This document shows, piece after piece, positions 9,414 to 17,832 of a stretch of 64,000 nt of DNA. Position 1 is the first letter of the stretch, and the number at the start of each line of letters is the position of its first letter. The position numbers and the translations under genes are program-made. The notes beneath the pieces are model-generated. The model was not told where the DNA came from, did not search any database, and saw only the letters and a program-made list of their open reading frames with translations. Source of the DNA: Gammaproteobacteria bacterium (GTDB lineage: Bacteria > Pseudomonadota > Gammaproteobacteria > Eutrophobiales > Eutrophobiaceae); contig CBDEUK010000001.1 of NCBI GenBank assembly GCA_965243205.1, forward strand, positions 32,001 to 96,000, given 5' to 3'.

Positions 9414-9631
9414 TAAACGCTCACCTTTTCAAAGCCGTACGCATCTTCAAGCGCTTTAATAAGCTTCGGATCGGACGTAGAGACAATTCCATTTTGAATA
9501 ACAACATCATGCTCACCTACTTTCATTTTGCATTGCTCATAAGCAGAGGATTTAAAGGTGACTTCCTTGTCTTTAACGGCTTCCTTATCTTTAGTACCCA
9601 CGGCCCCTGCAGTCGTGTTTTCTTTTGACAT
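9413..9631 (-). CDS. Small phage hypothetical protein
   Basis: RBS AAGAGGT; stop overlaps the next start. Confidence 0.6.
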   Translation of the reverse strand: MSKENTTAGAVGTKDKEAVKDKEVTFKSSAYEQCKMKVGEHDVVIQNGIVSTSDPKLIKALEDAYGFEKVSV

Positions 9632-9739
9632 AAGCTTTACCTCTTTTTAAAAGTGTTTTCTTTACTTAAACAATATTTTAAAAACAAAACATTATTAAGA
9701 AATTGTTTTATATAAAAATATTTCTTGATTCAGTTTTGA

Positions 9740-10696
9740 TTAATAACTCGGAATTGAGTTAACCAACTCAATCGTTGGCGGGTTTGCATTAGAGTGCGCG
9801 CGCCAGTTAGTATCAATATGTAAACCTTTAGATGATTGAATTTCGTGTGGCATCTCTTCGAATTCAACGGCTGGTAAAATTAATTTCAAACTAGCATCGC
9901 CAGCTGCATTTTTACTTTCTAAGGTAAGTGGCAATGAAGTATGGTTCTTACCATAATCACGAATAGCTTCAGCAGTGTCTAAAATAAATCTTGCACTCCC
10001 ACTAATGGCAGGCTGGCCAACTAATACACGGCCATAGCCCTCTAATCCATCAGCTAACGTTTGACCTTCAAGATCGTTCGTTATTTCTACGCTTGCCTCA
10101 ACAACATCCCCCAATGTGCTAGCGCCTACCACATCATAAACATTACCTTGTCGGCCTTGCGCACGGTTCTTTGCGTAAACCGTTGGCGCAGCATCCCATG
10201 GCGTGGTTGGAGCAGGTTCAACTTCTTCGGCTCCGATCAATTCAAGACTCATGTTTTGTTCAGCCTCGATCACATTCCAACTTAATTTGCTTACCATCAT
10301 GCCTAGCCAGCGCTCGTAATCTGCTGGAGCGCCTAAATAACCTAACTCCATTAAAGCCGAAGGACGATCATTTAAATCGCATGTAAAAACATGAGTGTAC
10401 GGACCAGCGCCAGTAGTTGATGGAGCTCCCCATAACAAAGTTAACCATTGTCCAATTTCGTTTAAACATAAAATAGAACTTAAGCCACCTGTGACCATGG
10501 CATCGGCTGTATCGGTTTTTTCCTCCATAGGAGTAGCCTTTACAGTCGGATCTTGAACTCGAACCGGATTACGACCTATTTTTAAGCCTGGATTAAACTT
10601 CATAGAAAAAGCAGCGGCAGCACCTGGCGCAGTTCGATAAGTGCTTTCGCGTTGTAAAAGTAATTGCGTATTACGACCGTGTCTAACTTCTGCCAT
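9740..10696 (-). CDS. Major tail (tube) protein
   Basis: QRESTYRTAPG N-terminus, GAGPYTHVFT and ASVEITNDLE beta-rich segments; 318 aa; RBS GGAG; position. Confidence 0.8.
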   Translation of the reverse strand: MAEVRHGRNTQLLLQRESTYRTAPGAAAAFSMKFNPGLKIGRNPVRVQDPTVKATPMEEKTDTADAMVTGGLSSILCLNEIGQWLTLLWGAPSTTGAGPYTHVFTCDLNDRPSALMELGYLGAPADYERWLGMMVSKLSWNVIEAEQNMSLELIGAEEVEPAPTTPWDAAPTVYAKNRAQGRQGNVYDVVGASTLGDVVEASVEITNDLEGQTLADGLEGYGRVLVGQPAISGSARFILDTAEAIRDYGKNHTSLPLTLESKNAAGDASLKLILPAVEFEEMPHEIQSSKGLHIDTNWRAHSNANPPTIELVNSIPSY

Positions 10697-10708
10697 TGTA
10701 TTTCTCCA

Positions 10709-11125
10709 CTAATCTAATTCTTTCCACGTTAAACTGAATGCAACAAAACCATAAGGCGCTTCTAACTGCGCAGATTGCACATAGCTATTAAAATCAAAAC
10801 ATCTTGATGTACCGGTTGCTTGGTCCAGGATGTCTACCAAGTCATTGACTGCTTGCAGCTCTCTATTTTCTATCTCGATACCTTCCGAACCTTCAGGCAA
10901 AAGAAACATAAAAATGACATGAGCGCCAAGCTCTCCAGACATCTCCCGTAAAGTAATAGGTGAATTAAAACTGCTGCCACCATTCGCCATAACAATCCAA
11001 TAACCTTTAACTAAATCTTCATTACTAATGTTATGACGTTCTTTAAAGCTTCTTTTTACGACTTCATTCGGCTTAGCGTTTTGAATATCAACCGATAACG
11101 CATCTAAGACTTGAGAAAAATTCAT
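10709..11125 (-). CDS. Tail terminator / tail completion protein
   Basis: 138 aa between the gp10-like gene and the tail tube gene; called from synteny only. Confidence 0.55.
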   Translation of the reverse strand: MNFSQVLDALSVDIQNAKPNEVVKRSFKERHNISNEDLVKGYWIVMANGGSSFNSPITLREMSGELGAHVIFMFLLPEGSEGIEIENRELQAVNDLVDILDQATGTSRCFDFNSYVQSAQLEAPYGFVAFSLTWKELD

Positions 11126-11622
11126 GCAAACACCTCTTTAAGCCCTTCATTGACACCTTGATCAAGTAAAGCAGTAATTCGATCGCTTTTACTTTCTAAT
11201 GCAGGTAACACAAAAGGTTTGGCTTTAATTCCTTCTTCATAAATAGCGCGCTGAATTAAAAATGCTAAACTATCCAAACTCACACCTTCACGCGGTTGAA
11301 TACGTTTTACTTTTATCCAGTCCTTCAATGTTCTAATGCTTGGCGCACCACCAGGTTTTGTACCTTCTTCAACAAAAATTGCATGGCGTGCTCCCACGGT
11401 AACTTCAACTTCTGGCTTCAATAAAGTGCCGGTCTCTTTAACTTGGCCAGAGCTTATTAATTGTGAATAAGCAACGCTTTTATTCTTTCGAAGATGACGC
11501 TGCATCTCCCGCCACAGTTCATGGCCAGCACGCATCATTTTTGAAACGATCTTACGATTCATTACGCGAGGCGATTTACTAAAAGCATCTAGAACTTCTT
11601 TGGCGTCGAACTTAACACTCAT
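11122..11622 (-). CDS. HK97 gp10-like head-tail / tail completion protein
   Basis: HAIFVEEGTKP and IKAKPFVLPALE motifs. Confidence 0.75.
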   Translation of the reverse strand: MSVKFDAKEVLDAFSKSPRVMNRKIVSKMMRAGHELWREMQRHLRKNKSVAYSQLISSGQVKETGTLLKPEVEVTVGARHAIFVEEGTKPGGAPSIRTLKDWIKVKRIQPREGVSLDSLAFLIQRAIYEEGIKAKPFVLPALESKSDRITALLDQGVNEGLKEVFA

Positions 11623-12248
11623 GCTGTCTGCCTATAAAATTCGTTCATTAAATCTTTATACAACGCGTTCGGAGTCGAATTGCGCGGTGTACCAGAAATG
11701 CCATCTCGGATACTGACTGGTTTATGGCTATTACGCATAGCAACCGTTTTCATTACTTCTGCTTGGCATCGCAATAAAAACAACCCTTTGTCTTCTGCTC
11801 TTATAGTGGTGTTATTGGCAGTATCCGATAACACATGAAGTTTGGAGCACATAAAAGTAAAATCCGTGCCACAACAATTAATTAAATGCGCATCCGGCGT
11901 AGGCGTTAATAATAAAATTATTTGGTTATTGGTAGGATCGTGTAACTCTTTAACTTCAGGGATAATCTTTGGATAGTTCTGCTCCCAAGGCTTACGAGTA
12001 CTGATTTCATTCATACCGTAAACGACATGAATCATATGCATAAACGATTGCGGAGCAATATAGTCTGCCTTGCCAGCCTCGATGGTTACGGAATCCTGTA
12101 CCCTATAAAGACGATAACGACTAAAATCAGGAAGCGCGCCCGCAATAACTGAATCATAGTCGTCGCTATTATCTTTGACGAAAACACTAGCAACATCCTT
12201 GAGAGAATCTTTTAGTTCCGTTATGAAAGCATTCTTAGTAAAACTCAT
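11619..12248 (-). CDS. Head-tail adaptor / connector protein
   Basis: Position before the gp10-like gene; size and helix-beta-helix pattern. Confidence 0.5.
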   Translation of the reverse strand: MSFTKNAFITELKDSLKDVASVFVKDNSDDYDSVIAGALPDFSRYRLYRVQDSVTIEAGKADYIAPQSFMHMIHVVYGMNEISTRKPWEQNYPKIIPEVKELHDPTNNQIILLLTPTPDAHLINCCGTDFTFMCSKLHVLSDTANNTTIRAEDKGLFLLRCQAEVMKTVAMRNSHKPVSIRDGISGTPRNSTPNALYKDLMNEFYRQTA

Positions 12249-12254
12249 TACAAT

Positions 12255-12791
12255 TTACTTAAAATGAGTTGCTGGATGAGGCATTGGTTTAGACGCTACA
12301 GGCTCAGGGATACCCATAGCTTCTTTCAGACCGGTTAAACAATTTTGAGCGTAAGCCAATAACTGTTCATTTGTGACCAAGTTATGTTTAGCCAAACCAG
12401 ACACATACGATAAGTTAGCTCTACATGTACACTGTTTATCTTCTTTAGTAGTTAGCAAACCAAGTGACACGGCACCACCTGCAGCAGCACTGCCACCAAC
12501 ATTGGCAAAGCATGTTAAGTTTGATACGCCACCAAATATAGAAGGCGCTATTGCTGGCTCAGCCTCAATTTTATCACTACCGTTACCTGGTGCGACAGGA
12601 TGTTGAATGCTAATAGAATTGTCTAGGTTATTTGTATTATCTGAGCTTGCTACAGTGCTAACATCAATCGGCGCATTTACTTTTGCTTTGACAGTATCAC
12701 TACGATGAGAACTATCAGCATTAGCAGCTAACGAGTAAACAAAAAACATTCCGACAACACAAAGTAAAGTAATAAATTTTGAAATATTCAT
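12255..12791 (-). CDS. Exported Cys-containing phage protein of unknown function
   Basis: ATG 12791 with RBS GAGGA; signal peptide MNISKFITLLCVVGMFFVYSLAANA; AIAPS...C...GGS...D..C.CR pattern. Confidence 0.65.
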   Translation of the reverse strand: MNISKFITLLCVVGMFFVYSLAANADSSHRSDTVKAKVNAPIDVSTVASSDNTNNLDNSISIQHPVAPGNGSDKIEAEPAIAPSIFGGVSNLTCFANVGGSAAAGGAVSLGLLTTKEDKQCTCRANLSYVSGLAKHNLVTNEQLLAYAQNCLTGLKEAMGIPEPVASKPMPHPATHFK

Positions 12792-12795
12792 GATA

Positions 12796-13050
12796 TTAAT
12801 CCTCTTTAAATTTTGATGCTTTATGCATTTCTTTAGCCTCATAACAATCATTTGCGCCATGCTCATTCATGTAATATTCGCAATTATTTTCGGCTATCTG
12901 TTGCTTCCCTTCGTCACTCAAAACCTTTTTATCCTGTTCCGATAAATAAACAGGATCGAACCACAAAGATTCCTCCGAAATAGTCTTATAACAACAGCCG
13001 TTAAATAAGATCGTCAATGTCAGGGTCAGACATATTTTCAATATCGACAT
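12796..13050 (-). CDS. o-spanin (Rz1-like lipoprotein)
   Basis: Lipoprotein signal ILFNG-CC; overlaps the 3' end of the i-spanin candidate. Confidence 0.7.
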   Translation of the reverse strand: MSILKICLTLTLTILFNGCCYKTISEESLWFDPVYLSEQDKKVLSDEGKQQIAENNCEYYMNEHGANDCYEAKEMHKASKFKED

Positions 13051-13195
13051 TAGCCTTTCTCTTATTGTCTATAGCTTGGGTCTGTTTTTTATTTTGAGAT
13101 TTAATCGTATTTACTTGTTTGGACTTCTTGCCGTAAGAATAAGCAAGGCCTATTAACACAACAAGAAGCCCAAAGATGACAGCAAGTGCAGTCAT
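13001..13195 (-). CDS. i-spanin (Rz-like)
   Basis: Single N-terminal TM helix followed by a short coiled coil; in the lysis cassette. Confidence 0.65.
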   Translation of the reverse strand: MTALAVIFGLLVVLIGLAYSYGKKSKQVNTIKSQNKKQTQAIDNKRKANVDIENMSDPDIDDLI

Positions 13196-13530
13196 TACTT
13201 CTTAACCGAATACCATCCCATCATTCGAATGATCTTAATAAACCAGTTAACGGCTTCATCGTCCCAAGTGTTTTTTGTCCATCGAGCAATTGACTGAAAT
13301 ATCAAAACGAGAGTAGGTAGCAACACCACTACATAAGCAACCCACTGAGGAATAAAGCTTGGGAGAACTACTGTATTTGGATCGGCAATCTCTTGAGCAG
13401 AAGCTAAACCAGGAATCAATACAAAAACCAACGTAAGCAATATAGAAAAGACAAGAAAAAATACAATATTTGATAACTGACTCAAAAAATTATCATACTT
13501 ACTAAAATCAATATTAAACATAATGATCAC
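13195..13530 (-). CDS. Holin-like membrane protein
   Basis: Two hydrophobic helices and a TKNTWDD motif; directly after the endolysin. Confidence 0.6.
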   Translation of the reverse strand: MIIMFNIDFSKYDNFLSQLSNIVFFLVFSILLTLVFVLIPGLASAQEIADPNTVVLPSFIPQWVAYVVVLLPTLVLIFQSIARWTKNTWDDEAVNWFIKIIRMMGWYSVKK

Positions 13531-13547
13531 CTTTATAAGTTAAAAAA

Positions 13548-14117
13548 TTAAGCTGCCTGCAAATCAGGCGCATACCTCTTTAAAAACGCATTAATATCAA
13601 AGCTAGGGCAGTCCTTTAACCATTCGTGTTTTTTTATTACACCATCACCATCTTTGTCTGGTGATAATTCTCTATGGCTAGTAATTACCGCATCAGGCCA
13701 TCGCAGTTTGCTCATTCGAATGCAAGTAATTAAAGCCCACTTCTGTTTAGTAGTAACTATCGCGCTTGGTTTATTATTCATATCCAAGCCACCTATATAA
13801 ACTATTCCAATAGAGTCCGTGTTATGCCCGTAAGTGTGTGCGCCAGGTATTGAAACCGGTCGCCCTGCCTGCACTAATCCATTTCGCGGAACTACATAGT
13901 GGTAAGCAATGTCATCCCAACCATTGCCGCGTAAGTTTTGCCATTCTGTTGGCAAATCCTCGATCGAAAGATATACTTTTCCTTGAAAATAAAAGGTGCC
14001 GTCCGGCTTTTCTTTTGGTGCAATATGAAACTGTCTAATCTCTTCTACACCATAGCCACTTGATACGTTTGGTCTATTAGCAGAACAATGAACAATTATT
14101 TTTTTTATAGACCTCAC
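13548..14117 (-). CDS. Endolysin, N-acetylmuramoyl-L-alanine amidase (T7 lysozyme / Amidase_2 family)
   Basis: IIVHCSA, GWDDIAYHYVV, GAHTYGHNTDSIGI, SHRELSPD and KDCPSFD zinc-amidase motifs. Confidence 0.93.
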   Translation of the reverse strand: MRSIKKIIVHCSANRPNVSSGYGVEEIRQFHIAPKEKPDGTFYFQGKVYLSIEDLPTEWQNLRGNGWDDIAYHYVVPRNGLVQAGRPVSIPGAHTYGHNTDSIGIVYIGGLDMNNKPSAIVTTKQKWALITCIRMSKLRWPDAVITSHRELSPDKDGDGVIKKHEWLKDCPSFDINAFLKRYAPDLQAA

Positions 14118-14341
14118 TTTAAAACCTTCTTAACTTTATCCAGTAACTGATTCGTTTTATTTATATGCTCTTTATTATCAGATACTCTTTTTGATATTAA
14201 CTTTTGAGCTGCTTCGGAGCTATCGGCCACGCGCTTAGCTAACACTTTAAAGTCTTTGCATTGTTTGTTAATGGTTTCAAGACTATTATCAAGCTCAGTC
14301 TGATCATCTTTGGGTAAAAAAGGAACAACTATAGCGTTCAC
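14114..14341 (-). CDS. Small coiled-coil phage protein
   Basis: Translationally coupled to both neighbours; helical composition. Confidence 0.55.
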   Translation of the reverse strand: MNAIVVPFLPKDDQTELDNSLETINKQCKDFKVLAKRVADSSEAAQKLISKRVSDNKEHINKTNQLLDKVKKVLK

Positions 14342-14559
14342 TATTTCCCACCATTTTTTTCAATTTTCAAAACTGTCAAAATCAAAGCCATGTCTTTCGT
14401 TAACTCAGATATATTACTTATAATGAATTTAACCAGCTCTCGATTAGCTTTAAACTGCAAAATGTTTGCGACTATTGAAGAAAACAAACATAAAGCTAAA
14501 ACAGCGATAGCGACGTTGTCGTATGTAAACAACCAATCAAAATATTTAGTTTCTGGCAT
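14341..14559 (-). CDS. Single-TM holin/antiholin candidate
   Basis: One TM helix and a basic C-terminus, upstream of the endolysin. Confidence 0.5.
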   Translation of the reverse strand: MPETKYFDWLFTYDNVAIAVLALCLFSSIVANILQFKANRELVKFIISNISELTKDMALILTVLKIEKNGGK

Positions 14560-14595
14560 TGCATTTGTCTTTATAAGTAATCTGTCATTTAAAAA

Positions 14596-15498
14596 TTAAT
14601 ATAAGGATTGCAAATAGATAATTACTTTTCTCAAGAAATTTCTTTGTGTTTCATCTTCATACTCTTGTTTAGATTTTTCTATCTTTGCCAAATATTTATC
14701 AACCCATTCTTTATTAGACCAATCATAGTTTGGCCCACTCCAAATAATGACTTTGTTAGTCATTGATAAAACAAAATCAATTTGCATCGAAAAAAAATCG
14801 TGTTCTATGGGCGTATTCCGTAAAGCTTTGTCTCCTTTGTCATGATAAGTCGGCATAAGAATAGGAATAACTTCTTTACCGCCTAAGAATTGGCGCGACT
14901 GATAAATATTTTCAAAGGCATAACGCTGCCATTGTTCGCGTAAACCATAGAAGGTATAAAGAGAGGGAAATATTGCATCAACCTCATCTACAAGGCGTTG
15001 CATTGACTTGTTTCTATCGTACCAATCGAAATAATCTTGTCGTCTACCTAGATCTTTAGGATGCGCAATACCAGTCGCAGGCCAGAAAGCGCGCTCTGGT
15101 ACCATTGAATAGATGCCGACCTTAAAACGTTCTCCATAAACTTCTTTAAATTGTTTTACAATAGGGATTAATGCGTCAGCTAACTCTTTTCCGCCTTTTA
15201 ATATTTTACCTTTATCATCCTTATAGTGTTCGATGTTTATGCAAACATAATTAACATCTTCACTACTAATATTTCCGCCTTCAAAATCAAATATAGAGCC
15301 GAATTTGTTTGATAGAACACCAGGCGCAGGCCATTCGCCATTTATTTTTTGTTTCCATATATCCCAAACACCAACAACAACAATCTTTTCAAAGTTAACA
15401 TCAGGTTTATTAGGATGATTATTTGTTGCGTCGAATATTTCAGCCGAAGCAAAGAACGTAAAGCTTAGAAAGAAAAATAAAATGATTTTCTTAAACAT
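14596..15498 (-). CDS. Secreted TIM-barrel glycoside hydrolase-like protein (hyaluronidase/GH56-like)
   Basis: Signal peptide MFKKIILFFFLSFTFFASA; CINIEHY and LVDEVDAIFPSLY resemble GH56 IDWE and ALYPSIY; VIIWSG at the C-terminus. Confidence 0.55.
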   Translation of the reverse strand: MFKKIILFFFLSFTFFASAEIFDATNNHPNKPDVNFEKIVVVGVWDIWKQKINGEWPAPGVLSNKFGSIFDFEGGNISSEDVNYVCINIEHYKDDKGKILKGGKELADALIPIVKQFKEVYGERFKVGIYSMVPERAFWPATGIAHPKDLGRRQDYFDWYDRNKSMQRLVDEVDAIFPSLYTFYGLREQWQRYAFENIYQSRQFLGGKEVIPILMPTYHDKGDKALRNTPIEHDFFSMQIDFVLSMTNKVIIWSGPNYDWSNKEWVDKYLAKIEKSKQEYEDETQRNFLRKVIIYLQSLY

Positions 15499-15506
15499 AA
15501 GGGATC

Positions 15507-17222
15507 TTAATTGTTCGAGAAGCATCGCTGAATCACGTCATCCGCAACAGCAAGATGACCAATGTTTGTTAAATGAGAAGCGTCTGCGTAATAAGAAGGA
15601 TCTGTAATATTTCCTCCAGCAGGATCCATTATCCATCCCAAATCAATCATTGCGGTATTGTCACGCTCTAAGGCTATCTCTCGATCGGCTTCTCGATACT
15701 GTTGCAATAGTGAGTTGTCAGATGTATGCGATTCGCGATGAGATGGCATTAAAACAAAGCTAACGTTTTGAGAAGCAATGCCCTTTGCTGCGCAAGCTGC
15801 TAATAGCTTATCCATAATGGCTTGCGAATTATTTTTATAAGTTTCCTTGGTTTGCGAGCCGCTTCGTTCGTTCATTCCAGAGTTAATCCAAAAGTTAACT
15901 TTTGGTTCAACAGCAGGTGCCAAATCAAGCTGACGCCTAACACCTTGATCGGCAAAGAAACCGATTTTTTCATTAGTTGAAGCATTAAAATAAGCTAAAG
16001 TATTATCCAGCGAATGACCGCCAAACGAATAATGCCCTTGCACAGATGAGCCGTAGCTAAGATCGGTCCTCATAATCTCAGCCCCAATAAGACATGCCAA
16101 GCCAGCATGGTTTCTAACTTCGAATAGAGTTTGGTCTTGAGGGTGACGAACACCACCCGCGCCAAACGTGTCAGGAATAACAAGCCTATCTATAAAATAT
16201 TCATTCACGTTATGAACATTTCGGGTTTCATTTACGATTGTATATGGAGCTTTTTGTACTCTTGCCCATAAATCATAAGTACCACCGCCTGCGTCAAAAC
16301 CGATTTGATGAATTCTTAGCTCTGATGACCCTTGACCAGGCATCCAATTACATTTGGTTACACGAATCGCATCGCCAAAGCTTATAGTATTGTTCGTGCC
16401 GCCTTGTAAACTTGCAACTGTGTAAGTGTTGGCGCCGTTGGCTGTAATAAAACCAAATGAACCATCTGTTTCATTCGTTAAGATACCACCTACGAAACTA
16501 TCAGGCGTTGAGCTCAAGCCTGTTTCTGTAGCAGTCAGCACACCGTTAGCACCATCATGAACGACTCGCTGATAGTCTCCAGAAGTTAATCGCCATACAT
16601 TACCGCCTAAAGCAAAAGCTGTATCGTGCGCGTAATCTTCCTCCCAGTTGGCATTGTTTAAATCAGGAAAAAGGGCCGTAATTAAGGATGGAGGGTTGGT
16701 ATGTTCTCCAATATTAACCCCATCCCCTATTCGATTACCTGAAAGATTTGGCTCAACAAAATATCCGCGTTGGTTATTTAGAAATGTTTCAGGATTAATT
16801 CCAATATAACCCTCGCCAGTAAAAGCGCCATTGTTATTATTGAAAGTATGTAAAGGGCTTGAGTAAATGTTGCCGTTGTTTTGTTGGAAAGCCGAGATTA
16901 AAGCGTCCAGCCAACCTACACCTCCTATTTTGCCATTTGAGTCAGCAACAAGATGATTGTCAACAAAGCCATTACCAGAAAATGCGCGCTGGATTGCTGC
17001 GGTAACATTAGAATCCATAACACCATAAAGCTGATCGCTTTTGACGTTATTAGCAGTAATTCCTGTTAAATCCGCTGCCGTTAAATTTCTATAAACAGGG
17101 TTACCAGTAACTTGATCTACTCCGTCTTGAATTTTCATTACAGAGCTGCCGTCCCAAGGAACAAAATCACCCTGCCCCCCGTTAGCAGATTGATCGAAAA
17201 TATGAAGTCTAACCTTACTCAT
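15507..17222 (-). CDS. SGNH/GDSL-type hydrolase with a large inserted beta domain
   Basis: Block I-like LVADSNG, block II SFGGHS, block III INSGMNE, block V DASH. Confidence 0.65.
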   Translation of the reverse strand: MSKVRLHIFDQSANGGQGDFVPWDGSSVMKIQDGVDQVTGNPVYRNLTAADLTGITANNVKSDQLYGVMDSNVTAAIQRAFSGNGFVDNHLVADSNGKIGGVGWLDALISAFQQNNGNIYSSPLHTFNNNNGAFTGEGYIGINPETFLNNQRGYFVEPNLSGNRIGDGVNIGEHTNPPSLITALFPDLNNANWEEDYAHDTAFALGGNVWRLTSGDYQRVVHDGANGVLTATETGLSSTPDSFVGGILTNETDGSFGFITANGANTYTVASLQGGTNNTISFGDAIRVTKCNWMPGQGSSELRIHQIGFDAGGGTYDLWARVQKAPYTIVNETRNVHNVNEYFIDRLVIPDTFGAGGVRHPQDQTLFEVRNHAGLACLIGAEIMRTDLSYGSSVQGHYSFGGHSLDNTLAYFNASTNEKIGFFADQGVRRQLDLAPAVEPKVNFWINSGMNERSGSQTKETYKNNSQAIMDKLLAACAAKGIASQNVSFVLMPSHRESHTSDNSLLQQYREADREIALERDNTAMIDLGWIMDPAGGNITDPSYYADASHLTNIGHLAVADDVIQRCFSNN

Positions 17223-17224
17223 AA

Positions 17225-17776
17225 TTATTCTTGATCGTCTTGTTCGTCTTCGGCAGCTAACTCGCTAAGACGTGCTTGAAGCAATTCAATGATATCTTCA
17301 CGTTGTTGAAACTCACGCTCATGTTCAAGCATTTCAGCAACGTCCCAACCATCAAGATCGGCAATATACTCTTTCATTTCATCAGCTTTCATGCCGAGTA
17401 CTTCTTGTATCTCTGCAGCACGTTTAATAATTGCTTCTTTCAATGGAGTAACAACACCAGTTCGATTCTTGTCGGACTCTTCTAATTCAAGAATTTCTTG
17501 AAGTGAAGTAACTGGTAATGGTGTTACAGATAATCGTTCAACTACTTTGCCAACCGCTTGATCAAGTAAAGTAACAAATTCGGGGTTCGGCTCAGTTGAA
17601 TCACTCGAAGTAGTTTCTTCTTTTGTTTCGCTCAACTCAGCTTCTTTAGCTTCGGCTTTTGCAATTGAATCAGCTGATTTAACGACATCACACCAGCGGC
17701 CCTCGCCAGGAGGAATCATCATTCCGCCAACAAACATATTGGATTTGCTGTCATTCTTTACAAATTCTTTACCCAT
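17225..17776 (-). CDS. Capsid-associated hypothetical protein with repeated helical motifs
   Basis: Follows the major capsid gene; LELEESDKNRTGVV and LEHEREFQQREDII repeats; RBS GGAG. Confidence 0.6.
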   Translation of the reverse strand: MGKEFVKNDSKSNMFVGGMMIPPGEGRWCDVVKSADSIAKAEAKEAELSETKEETTSSDSTEPNPEFVTLLDQAVGKVVERLSVTPLPVTSLQEILELEESDKNRTGVVTPLKEAIIKRAAEIQEVLGMKADEMKEYIADLDGWDVAEMLEHEREFQQREDIIELLQARLSELAAEDEQDDQE

Positions 17777-17787
17777 GTAATATCTCC

Positions 17788-17812
17788 AAAAAAGTTAGCC
17801 TTCCTTGGCTAA
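17788..17812 (-). terminator. Hairpin plus U-tract after the major capsid gene
   Basis: TTAGCC-AAGGAA-GGCTAA-CTTTTTT on the minus strand. Confidence 0.6.
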
Positions 17813-17832
17813 AGGTTTGCTGATGAAGCCGG

